Counted from the first letter of the stretch, positions 36,318-44,441 are shown. The stretch: 64,000 bases of DNA from Clostridiales bacterium (GCA_009779405.1 WREI01000006.1:1171-65170), one strand, 5' to 3'. Notes: generated by a model not told the origin, from the sequence alone. Made by a program: numbers and translations.

Positions 36318-36378
36318 AATAATCTCCCCCTTCTTTCGTTCACACATGATTTCCCCCAACCCAGCCGGAGTTATTCCT

Positions 36379-36404
36379 GTAGGGGCGCAATATATTGCGC
36401 CCTG
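36379..36404 (+). repeat. REP-like palindromic unit
   Basis: GTAGGGGCGCAATATATTGCGCCCTG, immediately upstream of the orphan gene. Confidence 0.8.
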
Positions 36405-36545
36405 AAACATCCTTCATGTACTCCGGGCGTCCGCGTGCGTCCCTACTCCCACGGCTTCTTCACCCGTCATTGCGAGGAGCAGAATCAAACATGCGGTGAA
36501 CCCTCACGACGAAGCAATCCATGCTGCCAAGTTTGCCCTAAGCCA

Positions 36546-37199
36546 TTACTCCCACGGCTTCTTCATATATATATCCATCAAAAACAACTCGCCCTCCATA
36601 GAATTCAATTGCGCCGCCAGCCCGCGCTCCACGGCATGGTACACAAGTGGCAGGCCCGCCAGTGCGGCGGTCTCCCGCGCCAAGGCCGCGCCGCGCAGGA
36701 CGTCTTCCGCCGTCGTCTCCGTGCAGAGGTGTGTATTGTTGACCAGCCCCGTAACGCGCAGTTTACTGCTGCCCTCAATCTCCCGCAAATACCGCAAAGC
36801 TTGTTCGGGCGTGGCCGTCTCGGGGCGGTTAAAGTTCAATACACAATACAGTTCATGGGGCACAGCCGCAATCCGCGCGGCAAAGCGGCCCAGCACGCGC
36901 GCGCCGGCCGCGTCACCGCCCACATCCATCACGCCCACGCCGCCCGCTTCAAACATGGCCAAAAGCGCGGGATTCAGCGCGGGCAAGTCCCCGTGCCCCT
37001 TGCTCGGCAGTATGGTCCGCACCTCCGCCGCTTCCAACTCCGCCTTGCGCTCGCGGGAGCAGAAATAGGGGTTGACGATATCCAGGTCGGCCAGAGTCAC
37101 AGAGCCGCCCGCCTGCGCAAGCTGCAACGCAAAATTCACGGCAAACTCCGTCTTGCCGCTGCCGTAATGCCCTGTGATGATGTATAATTTATTTTGCAT
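36546..37199 (-). CDS. P-loop NTPase (MinD/ParA/CooC-like SIMIBI class), function unknown
   Basis: Walker A motif ITGHYGSGKTEF, DLD (Walker A'/switch) and VNNTH. 217 aa. It lies between buk and the OFOR genes. Confidence 0.75.
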   Translation of the reverse strand: MQNKLYIITGHYGSGKTEFAVNFALQLAQAGGSVTLADLDIVNPYFCSRERKAELEAAEVRTILPSKGHGDLPALNPALLAMFEAGGVGVMDVGGDAAGARVLGRFAARIAAVPHELYCVLNFNRPETATPEQALRYLREIEGSSKLRVTGLVNNTHLCTETTAEDVLRGAALARETAALAGLPLVYHAVERGLAAQLNSMEGELFLMDIYMKKPWE

Positions 37200-37249
37200 T
37201 TTCCCTCGTTCACCACGGGATGCCGCTACACGGCGTCGCCCCCTACTGC

Positions 37250-38296
37250 CTAATACGCCATCAGCGTCTCCTCACCCCTGAGCGCCCTTAACGCCGCCTC
37301 ACTCAGCGCCCGCAGCTCATCCTCGCCGGGTATCACAAGAATCTCCGCAATAAAGCGCACCCGTTCGGCAATCCACCCGACCAATTCCTCGTCCCGCGCA
37401 AAACCGCCTGTGAGTATAATCGCCGCCACCTCGCCCGAAAGCACCGCCGCACAGGCGCCTATCTCTTTGGCGACCTGATAGGCCATCCCCTCATACACAA
37501 TCCGCGCGGCCTTATCGCCCTCCTGCGCGCGGCGGCTGACTTCCAATCCGTCATCCGTGCCGAGATAGCCCAAGAGCCCCCCGTCGCTCGTCAGCTTCTT
37601 GGCCATCTGCGCGGGTGTCAGTTTCTCCGTATCATATAATTTCAACAGCCCGAACGCGGGCAGGCCGCCGCAGCGCTGGGCGCTGTAAGGCCCGTCGCCA
37701 CCCAATCCGTCGTTCACGTCGACCACGCGCCCGTATTGGTGCGCGCCGACCGTCACCCCGCCGCCCATATGCGCGACGATCAGGTTCACGTCCTCATAGT
37801 GCAGCCCCCGCGCGGCGCAGAAGCGCTTGGCAACGGCCCGCTGGTTCAGCGCGTGGAACACGGAGCGCCGCGCAATCTGTGGATGCCCCGAGAGCCGCGC
37901 CAGCGGCGAAAGCTCATCCGTCACCACGGGATCGGCGATATAGGCGGGTATGCCCAAGGGCTCCGCCATGCGCCGCGCCAACTGCGCGCCCAGATTGCTG
38001 GCATGGTCGCCATAGACGCAGTTGCGCAAATCGCGCAACATCGCCTCGTTCACGGGGTAGACCCCGCCGGGTATGGGCCGCAGCATCCCGCCCCGCCCGA
38101 TAATCGCGTGCAGGGATTCCACGGCGACCTCGTATTCGGCCAGCGCGTCCAAAATCATGCGTTCGCGCACGGCGAGGGATGCGTCCCCTCCCGCGTCGTG
38201 GCGCACCGTGCTCTCAAAGAGCGGCGCGTCGTTCTCGTAAACCGCGATCTTCGTACTGGTGGAGCCGGGGTTGACGGCGAGTATCCGGAATATCAT
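37250..38296 (-). CDS. buk: Butyrate (branched-chain acyl) kinase
   Basis: ILAVNPGSTSTKIAVYE ASKHA motif. Full length and colinear with Buk. Confidence 0.95.
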   Translation of the reverse strand: MIFRILAVNPGSTSTKIAVYENDAPLFESTVRHDAGGDASLAVRERMILDALAEYEVAVESLHAIIGRGGMLRPIPGGVYPVNEAMLRDLRNCVYGDHASNLGAQLARRMAEPLGIPAYIADPVVTDELSPLARLSGHPQIARRSVFHALNQRAVAKRFCAARGLHYEDVNLIVAHMGGGVTVGAHQYGRVVDVNDGLGGDGPYSAQRCGGLPAFGLLKLYDTEKLTPAQMAKKLTSDGGLLGYLGTDDGLEVSRRAQEGDKAARIVYEGMAYQVAKEIGACAAVLSGEVAAIILTGGFARDEELVGWIAERVRFIAEILVIPGEDELRALSEAALRALRGEETLMAY

Positions 38297-38297
38297 A

Positions 38298-39203
38298 TCA
38301 AGCGTTCCTTTCCGCGGCGATATGCAGCGCCAGCGCGATAGAGCGAAGCTTGAACTCCTCGCTGTCCACGCGGCTGGTGATCACAACGGGCGCGCGCGCG
38401 CCGACCAGAACGCCCGCCCCGGGCGCCCCAAGCACCATAGAGAAGGCTTTATGCAGCACATTCCCAGCTTCAATATTCGGGACGAGCAATATATCCGCCC
38501 GCCCCGCGTTTTCGTCCTCTATCCCCTTATGCAGCGCCGCTTCGCGATACAAACAGTTATCGAGCGCCAGCGGCCCGGTGACGATACAGTTTTGTATCTC
38601 TCGCTCTTGCCACAGGCGCACCAATTCCGCAGCGTCCAAAGTCGGCGGCATCTTGGGGTTGACCGTCTCGAGCGCGCAAACGCAGGCGACCACAGGCAGC
38701 GCCACGCCCATGGCCCGCGCCACGGACACGGCGTTGTGGATAATATGCTTTTTCGCGTCCGTATCGGGATACATATTGAGCGCCGGGTCGGTCAGGAAAA
38801 TCAACCGTTCAAAGCCGGGCAGTTCAAACACACTGACATAGGAGAGCAGTGCGCTCTCCCGCAAACCTGTCTCGGCATGCAACACTTCGCGCAAGATCGT
38901 CGCCGTCCCGCAAAGCCCCTTCATCACGGCCTGCGCCCGCCCCTCGCGAACGAGACGCACGGCGGCGCGGCAGCATTCGACATCCCCCTCGCAGGGCAGG
39001 ATCTCCATATCGCCGAGCGCCACGCCTGCGGCGTCCGCCGCCGCAAAAATGGCCGCCTCGTTTCCAATCAAGAGCGGCCGACAAAGCCCCGCGTCCGCGG
39101 CATTGCGCAGTGCAAGCAATACATGCGCGTCCTGCGCCACGGCCACGGCCAAAACAGGCTTGGGAGAGAGCGCGCGCACAAGAGCGTCCAAACTTCCGAT
39201 CAT
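38298..39203 (-). CDS. ptb: Phosphate butyryltransferase
   Basis: Phosphate acyltransferase fold with ADILLVPNIEAGNVLHK and VVITSRVDS. It sits directly upstream of buk. Confidence 0.9.
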   Translation of the reverse strand: MIGSLDALVRALSPKPVLAVAVAQDAHVLLALRNAADAGLCRPLLIGNEAAIFAAADAAGVALGDMEILPCEGDVECCRAAVRLVREGRAQAVMKGLCGTATILREVLHAETGLRESALLSYVSVFELPGFERLIFLTDPALNMYPDTDAKKHIIHNAVSVARAMGVALPVVACVCALETVNPKMPPTLDAAELVRLWQEREIQNCIVTGPLALDNCLYREAALHKGIEDENAGRADILLVPNIEAGNVLHKAFSMVLGAPGAGVLVGARAPVVITSRVDSEEFKLRSIALALHIAAERNA

Positions 39204-39229
39204 ATGTAAATCCCACCTATACGCCCGGA

Positions 39230-39243
39230 TTTTGTATACAAAA
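39230..39243. promoter_or_regulatory. 14-bp perfect palindrome TTTTGTATACAAAA in the ptb leader (candidate operator)
   Basis: Lies between the predicted -10 and the ptb Shine-Dalgarno sequence, 27 nt upstream of the ATG. Confidence 0.35.
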
Positions 39244-39265
39244 AGTAAAAGCCTTGTATGCTACT

Positions 39266-39294
39266 ATATTACAACGATGCGGGGCCTATGTCAA
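39266..39294 (-). promoter_or_regulatory. Candidate sigma-A promoter of the ptb-buk operon
   Basis: The minus strand reads TTGACA, a 17-nt spacer, then TAATAT. It lies about 60 nt upstream of the ptb ATG. Confidence 0.55.
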
Positions 39295-39361
39295 GGCGAT
39301 ATGTAAGGGAATAGGCAGTTCTGTTCCCATATATTTCTAAATGTTAATTTTATGAAAACAC

Positions 39362-39391
39362 TTGGAATTGGGGGGGGGAGGGGGGTATTAT
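39362..39391 (+). promoter_or_regulatory. Candidate promoter whose 18-nt spacer is a G9-A-G6 tract
   Basis: TTGGAA (39362..39367), spacer ttGGGGGGGGGAGGGGGG, then TATTAT (39386..39391). It lies about 70 nt upstream of ATG 39460. Confidence 0.45.
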
Positions 39392-39459
39392 GTACATTAA
39401 CACCGTAAACTGACACGGTTTCACATTTCAATGCAATAATTTATACGGAGGAGAGAAAA

Positions 39460-41172
39460 ATGAAACGCAATCTAAGAAAAATCTTGACCTTGTGCATAGC
39501 CTTGGCCCTGCTGTTGGCCCTGCTTCCCGCAGCCCCCGGTCTCGCAGCGGAAGCCCCGCTAAAGCACGGCGACGCGAACGGCGACGGCAAATTGGACGCA
39601 AGCGATGCCGCCCTCATTCTGCGCCATCTGGCAGGCCTCATCACGCTCGAAGGCGCGCAGCTCGCCGCGGCAAATGCCGACGGCATAGGCGATGTGACCG
39701 CCGCGGACGCCGCCCTCGTCCTGCGCCACCTCGCAGGCCTCGCCACCATCCCCGACTGGGTGGAGCAGCCAAGCCATGGGTTGACAATTGCAGAAGCCTA
39801 TGAAATGGCGCGGGGGAAGGATTTTATTACGAACATTGAGCCCCTCGTCGGCGAGACGAGCGATTGGGAGGAAGTCTGGAATTCGTTTACCCCGACGGAT
39901 TTGAATGATTTCTATCTCAACGAAGGCCGTTATTTTATCTATGTAGAGGAGGAGACCGTCGGGCTTTGGATTCCTGATTGGGATGGGTATCTTTTAATTT
40001 GGGATCTCGAAACAGGGGATACTGCTGCGGAAGAATATTTCACGGAGGAGGAGGACGTGATCGCGTTTCTGAACGGATTATTTGGCGCGGGCGCGTGGAC
40101 ATGGGAGTATCAGGGGTATACCCGGCTGATTTGGATCAACGTACCCGACCCGCGTTTCCCGGATGGTATGAAGGTCAGTATTTGGTATTATTCGATGGAG
40201 GATTGTTTCTATTGTGATTTCATAGACGCCGAACTGAATGATTACGTCTATTATGAGATACCGGGAAGTACGCTGGAAGACTTGATTCTCGCTCTGAACG
40301 ACATCTTTACGGACGGATGGGAATTTGTAGAGTCTACCTTTGTTGAAGGGCCGACTACCGAAGTATGGTGGGCTGTCAGGATGGACTTCACAAACGAATA
40401 TATCGATCCGTTCAGTTACCACAAGGGTACATATCCCGATGACTTGCTCTGTTCCGCCATGCTCGAGTTTGATTGTTATGATTACGAAAACGGCGGCTAT
40501 ATAGACATTGCGAATGCTGTCGCGACAGAACTATCTGTAAAAACGTATCAAATAATAATTGACGAATTCGTGGGCGTATGGTACATGCCCATTGAAGTGC
40601 AGACATATAACGATCCGTCCGAAATAGCGGAAGCGCTGCAGACGTTTTTCGCTACATACGAAGGAACAGGGAAATCCGAGTTTATATCTGAAATCCCGGA
40701 TGTATTAGATGCGTTACAGATGTGGGAGACACTTCGAGCAGAAATGCCGCGCTTGACGAAAGAGGAAGAACAGGAAAACGAGGAAAACCCAAATCAATAT
40801 AAAGGTATTGGGTTTGGTGTTATATCAACGAACATGTACGGATATCGCAACACGGGCTACACTGTCTCTCCACGGGATGAGGATTTCCCGAACGTGCCAT
40901 TAGAGAATGTGGCGTGGGTATTGCAACTGGGTTATCTCGGCTATGGCGAATGCGTGCCATGTACACCTGCGTACTCGTGGAATCCACTCGTATCATTGAA
41001 GGCAACCATCGCCGTGGATAAGGCGGGCGCCGCGCACGTGTCGCAATACTTTTCTGTATCATCCGATATGTACCCGCAGGGCTTCGTCCCCTCATCGGGC
41101 GCAAGCCAATGGCAGGCGTTCATAGAATTCATGGCATATGTGATGGATGCATCCAATTGGACCCTCCCATAA
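39460..41172 (+). CDS. Secreted protein: N-terminal dockerin plus a ~470-aa acidic, aromatic-rich domain of unknown function
   Basis: GGAGGAGAG lies upstream of the start and a signal peptide is present. Two Ca-loop/helix segments form the dockerin (GDANGDGKLDASDAALILRHLAGL and ANADGIGDVTAADAALVLRHLAGL). No domain was recognised in the remainder, and the 3' half is visibly AT-richer. Confidence 0.85.
   Translation: MKRNLRKILTLCIALALLLALLPAAPGLAAEAPLKHGDANGDGKLDASDAALILRHLAGLITLEGAQLAAANADGIGDVTAADAALVLRHLAGLATIPDWVEQPSHGLTIAEAYEMARGKDFITNIEPLVGETSDWEEVWNSFTPTDLNDFYLNEGRYFIYVEEETVGLWIPDWDGYLLIWDLETGDTAAEEYFTEEEDVIAFLNGLFGAGAWTWEYQGYTRLIWINVPDPRFPDGMKVSIWYYSMEDCFYCDFIDAELNDYVYYEIPGSTLEDLILALNDIFTDGWEFVESTFVEGPTTEVWWAVRMDFTNEYIDPFSYHKGTYPDDLLCSAMLEFDCYDYENGGYIDIANAVATELSVKTYQIIIDEFVGVWYMPIEVQTYNDPSEIAEALQTFFATYEGTGKSEFISEIPDVLDALQMWETLRAEMPRLTKEEEQENEENPNQYKGIGFGVISTNMYGYRNTGYTVSPRDEDFPNVPLENVAWVLQLGYLGYGECVPCTPAYSWNPLVSLKATIAVDKAGAAHVSQYFSVSSDMYPQGFVPSSGASQWQAFIEFMAYVMDASNWTLP
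39568..39741 (+). other. Dockerin module (N-terminal)
   Basis: Duplicated D-x-N/D-x-D-G-x-[LV]-x-x-x-D-A-A-x-[IV]-L-R-H-L-A-G-L segments. Confidence 0.85.
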
Positions 41173-41188
41173 AACCGCAGCCATAAAT

Positions 41189-41216
41189 GAAAATCCGCTC
41201 CGGCGGGTTTTCGTTT
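41189..41216 (+). terminator. Rho-independent terminator after the dockerin protein gene
   Basis: AAATCCGCtccgGCGGGTTT (one G-U pair) followed by TTTTCGTTT. Confidence 0.6.
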
Positions 41217-41287
41217 GCTGTAACCTACTTCAAATGCAGCGGTAGAGCACCCCGCATCATCTAACGTTTTTGCGGTTTAGGTATACC

Positions 41288-41314
41288 ATAGGGGCGGATA
41301 CTATCCGCCCCTAC
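41288..41314. repeat. REP-like palindromic unit
   Basis: ATAGGGGCGGATACTATCCGCCCCTAC is nearly a perfect 26-nt palindrome, lying between convergent genes. Confidence 0.8.
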
Positions 41315-41435
41315 TACACAGTTTTAGCTGTCGCGAAGTGTGGGGGGCGCGATTGGCACCCACCAAAACAGGTTTTGGCGAGATCCGCCGCATGCCCTGA
41401 TAGAGTAAAACCCACTCTGTTCTACTGCCTACTGC

Positions 41436-42638
41436 CTATTGGCTATTGCGTACTGCCCGTTGCCTGCCCCGCTCCCCCCGCACAACCCCCCAAATCAAAC
41501 AACCCGTCCCCAATGCGCTGATCCCCGTCCCAATCCAAATCGCGTTCTGCACGACAAGATATTGCATCCCAAACCCGCCCGCCAGATTGCTGAATATCCC
41601 CGCGATCACGGTGCTGGCGGTCAGCCAGGCCTGCCCCTTCACGCGGTCGCTCTCCGCGAGGTTGCGGTTCACCCAATAGGCCGTGCAGGGTACAATCAGG
41701 GCATAGGCGAGCATCTGCGTGCTCTGCGAGAGATAAAGCACCCAAAGCCCCGCGCCCGTGAACAGCAGCAGCGCGGACTTGATGGTCTGTACCAGCGCGG
41801 CAAAAACCAAGAGCGGCGCAACGCGGAATTTCCGCTCAAGGGGTACAAAGAGCAGCATGGTCGGCACTTCGCAAAAGGCTGCCAAGCCCAAAAGCAGGCC
41901 GAGGGTCTGGCGGTCACCGCCCGCGTTGTCCGTGATGCTCCATAGATAGGTATTGATAATATTGTGCTGAATAAAGAGCAGGGTCAGGCCAATAATCATC
42001 AGCAAGAAGGCCTTGTTGTGCCAAAGCAATGTGAAATTGCCCTGCGCGCGCACCTGCTCCTGCGGCAGCGCGGCCTTCTTCGGCCCTCTCAGCAGATACA
42101 GAGTCCAGAAAAACAGCGCCGCGTTCAGGAGTATATAGTAGGGCAGCAGCACCTGCTTCGGCGTACCCGCATGCTCCAAAAGCCAGCCGAGCGCGATGTT
42201 CCCGCCTGCAAAGCAGGCGGAGCCTATGCCGCGAGCGAGCGAAAAATTGAGCTTGTGTCCCGCGCTCTCGAGCGCAAAGCCCGCCGCGTTCAGAAAGGGC
42301 TGGGCGCACATGGTGCAGATGGCCAGCCCGCAAAACAGCGCGCCGATAACGAGCAGCGGGCTGTCCAAAACCAGGAACAACGCCAGAGCCACGGCCACGC
42401 CCACCAGCGCGCAGATCACGGCCTTCAGCGAAAAGCGCCCCCGATCCAGGGCCGCCGCCAGCGCGGGCTGTACCAGCATAGAGCAGACATTGGCCAGCGC
42501 CAGCGTCAGCCCCACCTGCGCGGTCGCAAACCCAAGGCTCTCCAAAAAGGTCTGGGAGTTGACATAAATCAAACTCGCGGTCATCCAGTACATGCCCTGG
42601 GCGACAGCGTATTTGACCGTATAGCGCTTTACTTTCAT
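41436..42638 (-). CDS. MFS transporter
   Basis: 400 aa with about 12 hydrophobic helices. Its start lies 4 nt after the upstream stop. The last residues are encoded by a CTACTGCCTATTG-type repeat arm. Confidence 0.85.
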   Translation of the reverse strand: MKVKRYTVKYAVAQGMYWMTASLIYVNSQTFLESLGFATAQVGLTLALANVCSMLVQPALAAALDRGRFSLKAVICALVGVAVALALFLVLDSPLLVIGALFCGLAICTMCAQPFLNAAGFALESAGHKLNFSLARGIGSACFAGGNIALGWLLEHAGTPKQVLLPYYILLNAALFFWTLYLLRGPKKAALPQEQVRAQGNFTLLWHNKAFLLMIIGLTLLFIQHNIINTYLWSITDNAGGDRQTLGLLLGLAAFCEVPTMLLFVPLERKFRVAPLLVFAALVQTIKSALLLFTGAGLWVLYLSQSTQMLAYALIVPCTAYWVNRNLAESDRVKGQAWLTASTVIAGIFSNLAGGFGMQYLVVQNAIWIGTGISALGTGCLIWGVVRGERGRQRAVRNSQ

Positions 42639-42642
42639 GCTG

Positions 42643-44382
42643 TCAGGGAGTTGTAAGCGAACCCAGTCCCGCCAAAGACCGCAGTATTGCCGCCGCGTCT
42701 GCCGCGTCGACTTCGCTGTCGCCGTTTACATTTGCGTTAATCAGCCCCTGCGCGCTGAGCGTGCCCAGTCCCGCCAAATGACGCAGTATTGCTGCGGCAT
42801 CGGCGGCATCGACGCTGCCGTCGCAATTCGCGTCGCCCAAAATGTAGCAGATGTGCGTGTCGTCGCAAATCCAGTGTCCTGCGATGCCGCAGGCCGCCGC
42901 GCCATGCCCGTGCTCACCTTGCCAGCAATTGCTGTGATAGGCAAGTCCGCATTCTGCGTTGCCGTGGTTGCCACCATCGCAGCCAACATGTTCAGGATTG
43001 CCGCAGGGCGCCGCATTATGGTTTGCGCCGTCGCATGCAAAGTGCGCGGGATTCCCGCAGGGCATGCTGCCGCCGTGATTTGCCCCATCGCATCTGAAAT
43101 GCGCGGGGTTGCCGCAGAGCGCCGCCCGGTGGTCACCGGTCGCGCAGTGTAAGTGCTTTCCGCAGGCAGCTGTAGTTGCGTGATAAGCGTCGCCGCCGTG
43201 GCAGTTATAATGGTCGGGATCCCCGCAGGACGCCGGGCTGTGGTCAAGGCCGTCGTTCTCGCATTTATAGTGCCGCCATATACATGGCTGCAAGCTGTGG
43301 TCGCCGCCCTGACAGGTGCAGTGCCAATAGCAGGCGGGCTGATGGATGCTGCCGTCGCAATAATAACCGTTCCCGCAGGCTGTCGGTCTATGGTCGCCGC
43401 CGTCGCAGATAAAATGCCGCATGCAGTTTGGAGATAAGTTGTGACTGGTCAGCCAATAATCTTCTTCGCAGGCAAAGTGATCGTCGCACTGCCCCTTCGA
43501 TTCATGGTCGCCCGCGAAAAATCCGGGTGCGCAGCGATAGTGATTCCCGCAGGCGCCTGTCGTATGCTCGGACGAAACATAGCCGTCCATGCAAAAATAG
43601 TGGTTTCCGCAAGGAGCCGCCCAGTGTTCGGGCGGGCTGAAATTCGCGTCGCAGGCATAATGCTGCCCGCAGATGGCGACGGCGTGCGCGTTTAAGATAA
43701 AGCCGGACTCGTCTTCGTAATGTTTGTTGCAGTCGCCTGCTTCAATGATTTTGCCGCCGGAAGTGAATCGGAAAAACGGGGCTATATACGAAGCTGTACC
43801 TCTCGCGACATACAGACGATCCAAAGCGGGCGCCGTCCACAAGGCATAGCTGCTGTGTGCTTCTACGACCTGGAAAGCGCCTGCCCACAGCAGGGGATTG
43901 TCAAAGCCGCCGGGCAGCCATGTGTTTCGGAATACCACGGTTTTCAGGCTTTGGCACTCACGAAAGGCATAGCCCTGTATCTCTCTGAGATTGGCCGGCA
44001 ATGTGACTGATTTGATGTTTGTACAACCGGCAAACGCGCCTTTATTATACGATGAAACACCTTGCCAATATATGGAGCCCATGATATGCGTAACGGTATC
44101 GGGTATGACCACGGATGTAAGCTTTTTGTTGTTCAGAAACGCGCCGGTTCCTATGTAACGAACAGGGCAGCCGCCGAGCGTAGCGGGAATCACGATATCG
44201 CCGCCGCTGCCGGTGTAGCCGGTGACTGTCGCCCATCCCGCGTAAACAGTATATTCGTAATCTCCCTCCGTCAGGGCCGAACTCTTGCGTGGCGCCGCGC
44301 CGATCACGGCGAGCGCCAGCATAACTGCCATCAACACGGATAGGACGCGAACAGACGCGGGCCTGTCATGCGATGTATTCAT
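42643..44382 (-). CDS. Secreted BspA-type LRR protein with a Cys2His2-like mini-repeat array and a C-terminal dockerin
   Basis: Signal peptide, then a BspA-like LRR region (IPATLGGCPVRYIGTGAF..LTSVVIPDTVTHI..GAFAGCTNIKSVTLPANLREIQGYAFRECQSLKTVVF), about 16 CxxH[YF]xC..H units, and a dockerin (GDANCDGSVDAADAAAILRHLAGL / NVNGDSEVDAADAAAILRSLAGL). Confidence 0.85.
   Translation of the reverse strand: MNTSHDRPASVRVLSVLMAVMLALAVIGAAPRKSSALTEGDYEYTVYAGWATVTGYTGSGGDIVIPATLGGCPVRYIGTGAFLNNKKLTSVVIPDTVTHIMGSIYWQGVSSYNKGAFAGCTNIKSVTLPANLREIQGYAFRECQSLKTVVFRNTWLPGGFDNPLLWAGAFQVVEAHSSYALWTAPALDRLYVARGTASYIAPFFRFTSGGKIIEAGDCNKHYEDESGFILNAHAVAICGQHYACDANFSPPEHWAAPCGNHYFCMDGYVSSEHTTGACGNHYRCAPGFFAGDHESKGQCDDHFACEEDYWLTSHNLSPNCMRHFICDGGDHRPTACGNGYYCDGSIHQPACYWHCTCQGGDHSLQPCIWRHYKCENDGLDHSPASCGDPDHYNCHGGDAYHATTAACGKHLHCATGDHRAALCGNPAHFRCDGANHGGSMPCGNPAHFACDGANHNAAPCGNPEHVGCDGGNHGNAECGLAYHSNCWQGEHGHGAAACGIAGHWICDDTHICYILGDANCDGSVDAADAAAILRHLAGLGTLSAQGLINANVNGDSEVDAADAAAILRSLAGLGSLTTP
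42661..42837 (-). other. Dockerin module (C-terminal)
   Basis: Duplicated Ca-loop plus AADAAAILR[HS]LAGL helices. Confidence 0.85.
42847..43734 (-). repeat. About 16 tandem 15-21-aa Cys2/His2-type coding repeats
   Basis: Example units: CGQHYACDANFSPPEHWAAP, CGNHYFCMDGYVSSEHTTGA, CGNHYRCAPGFFAGDHESKGQ, CDDHFACEEDYWLTSHNLSPN, CGNPAHFRCDGANHGGSMP, CGNPAHFACDGANHNAAP, CGNPEHVGCDGGNHGNAE, and others. Confidence 0.85.
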
Positions 44383-44425
44383 AATGTACTCTCCCTCTGT
44401 AAAACATTCCTTATTTTACAGGGCT

Positions 44426-44434
44426 ATTATATCA
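44426..44434 (-). promoter_or_regulatory. Extended -10 element (TGaTATAAT) upstream of the LRR/Cys-His/dockerin gene
   Basis: The minus strand reads gTGaTATAAT about 45 nt upstream of ATG 44382. A CTGTAAAA..TTTTACAG hairpin lies in the leader. Confidence 0.45.
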
Positions 44435-44441
44435 CAGAAAC

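Noticed and set aside
37217-37247. A possible degenerate REP unit between buk and the ATPase gene. The minus strand reads GTAGGGGGCGACGCCGTGTAGCGGCATCCCGTG.
   Set aside because: The head motif is present but palindromy is poor. It is too degenerate to call without a genome-wide model.
41422-41455. CTACTGCCTACTGCCTATTGGCTATTGCGTACTGCC as a fourth composite nested-hairpin element.
   Set aside because: Only a right-arm-like sequence is present, overlapping the MFS 3' end. I found no matching left arm or inner hairpins nearby. It is mentioned under the repeat-family finding but not annotated.
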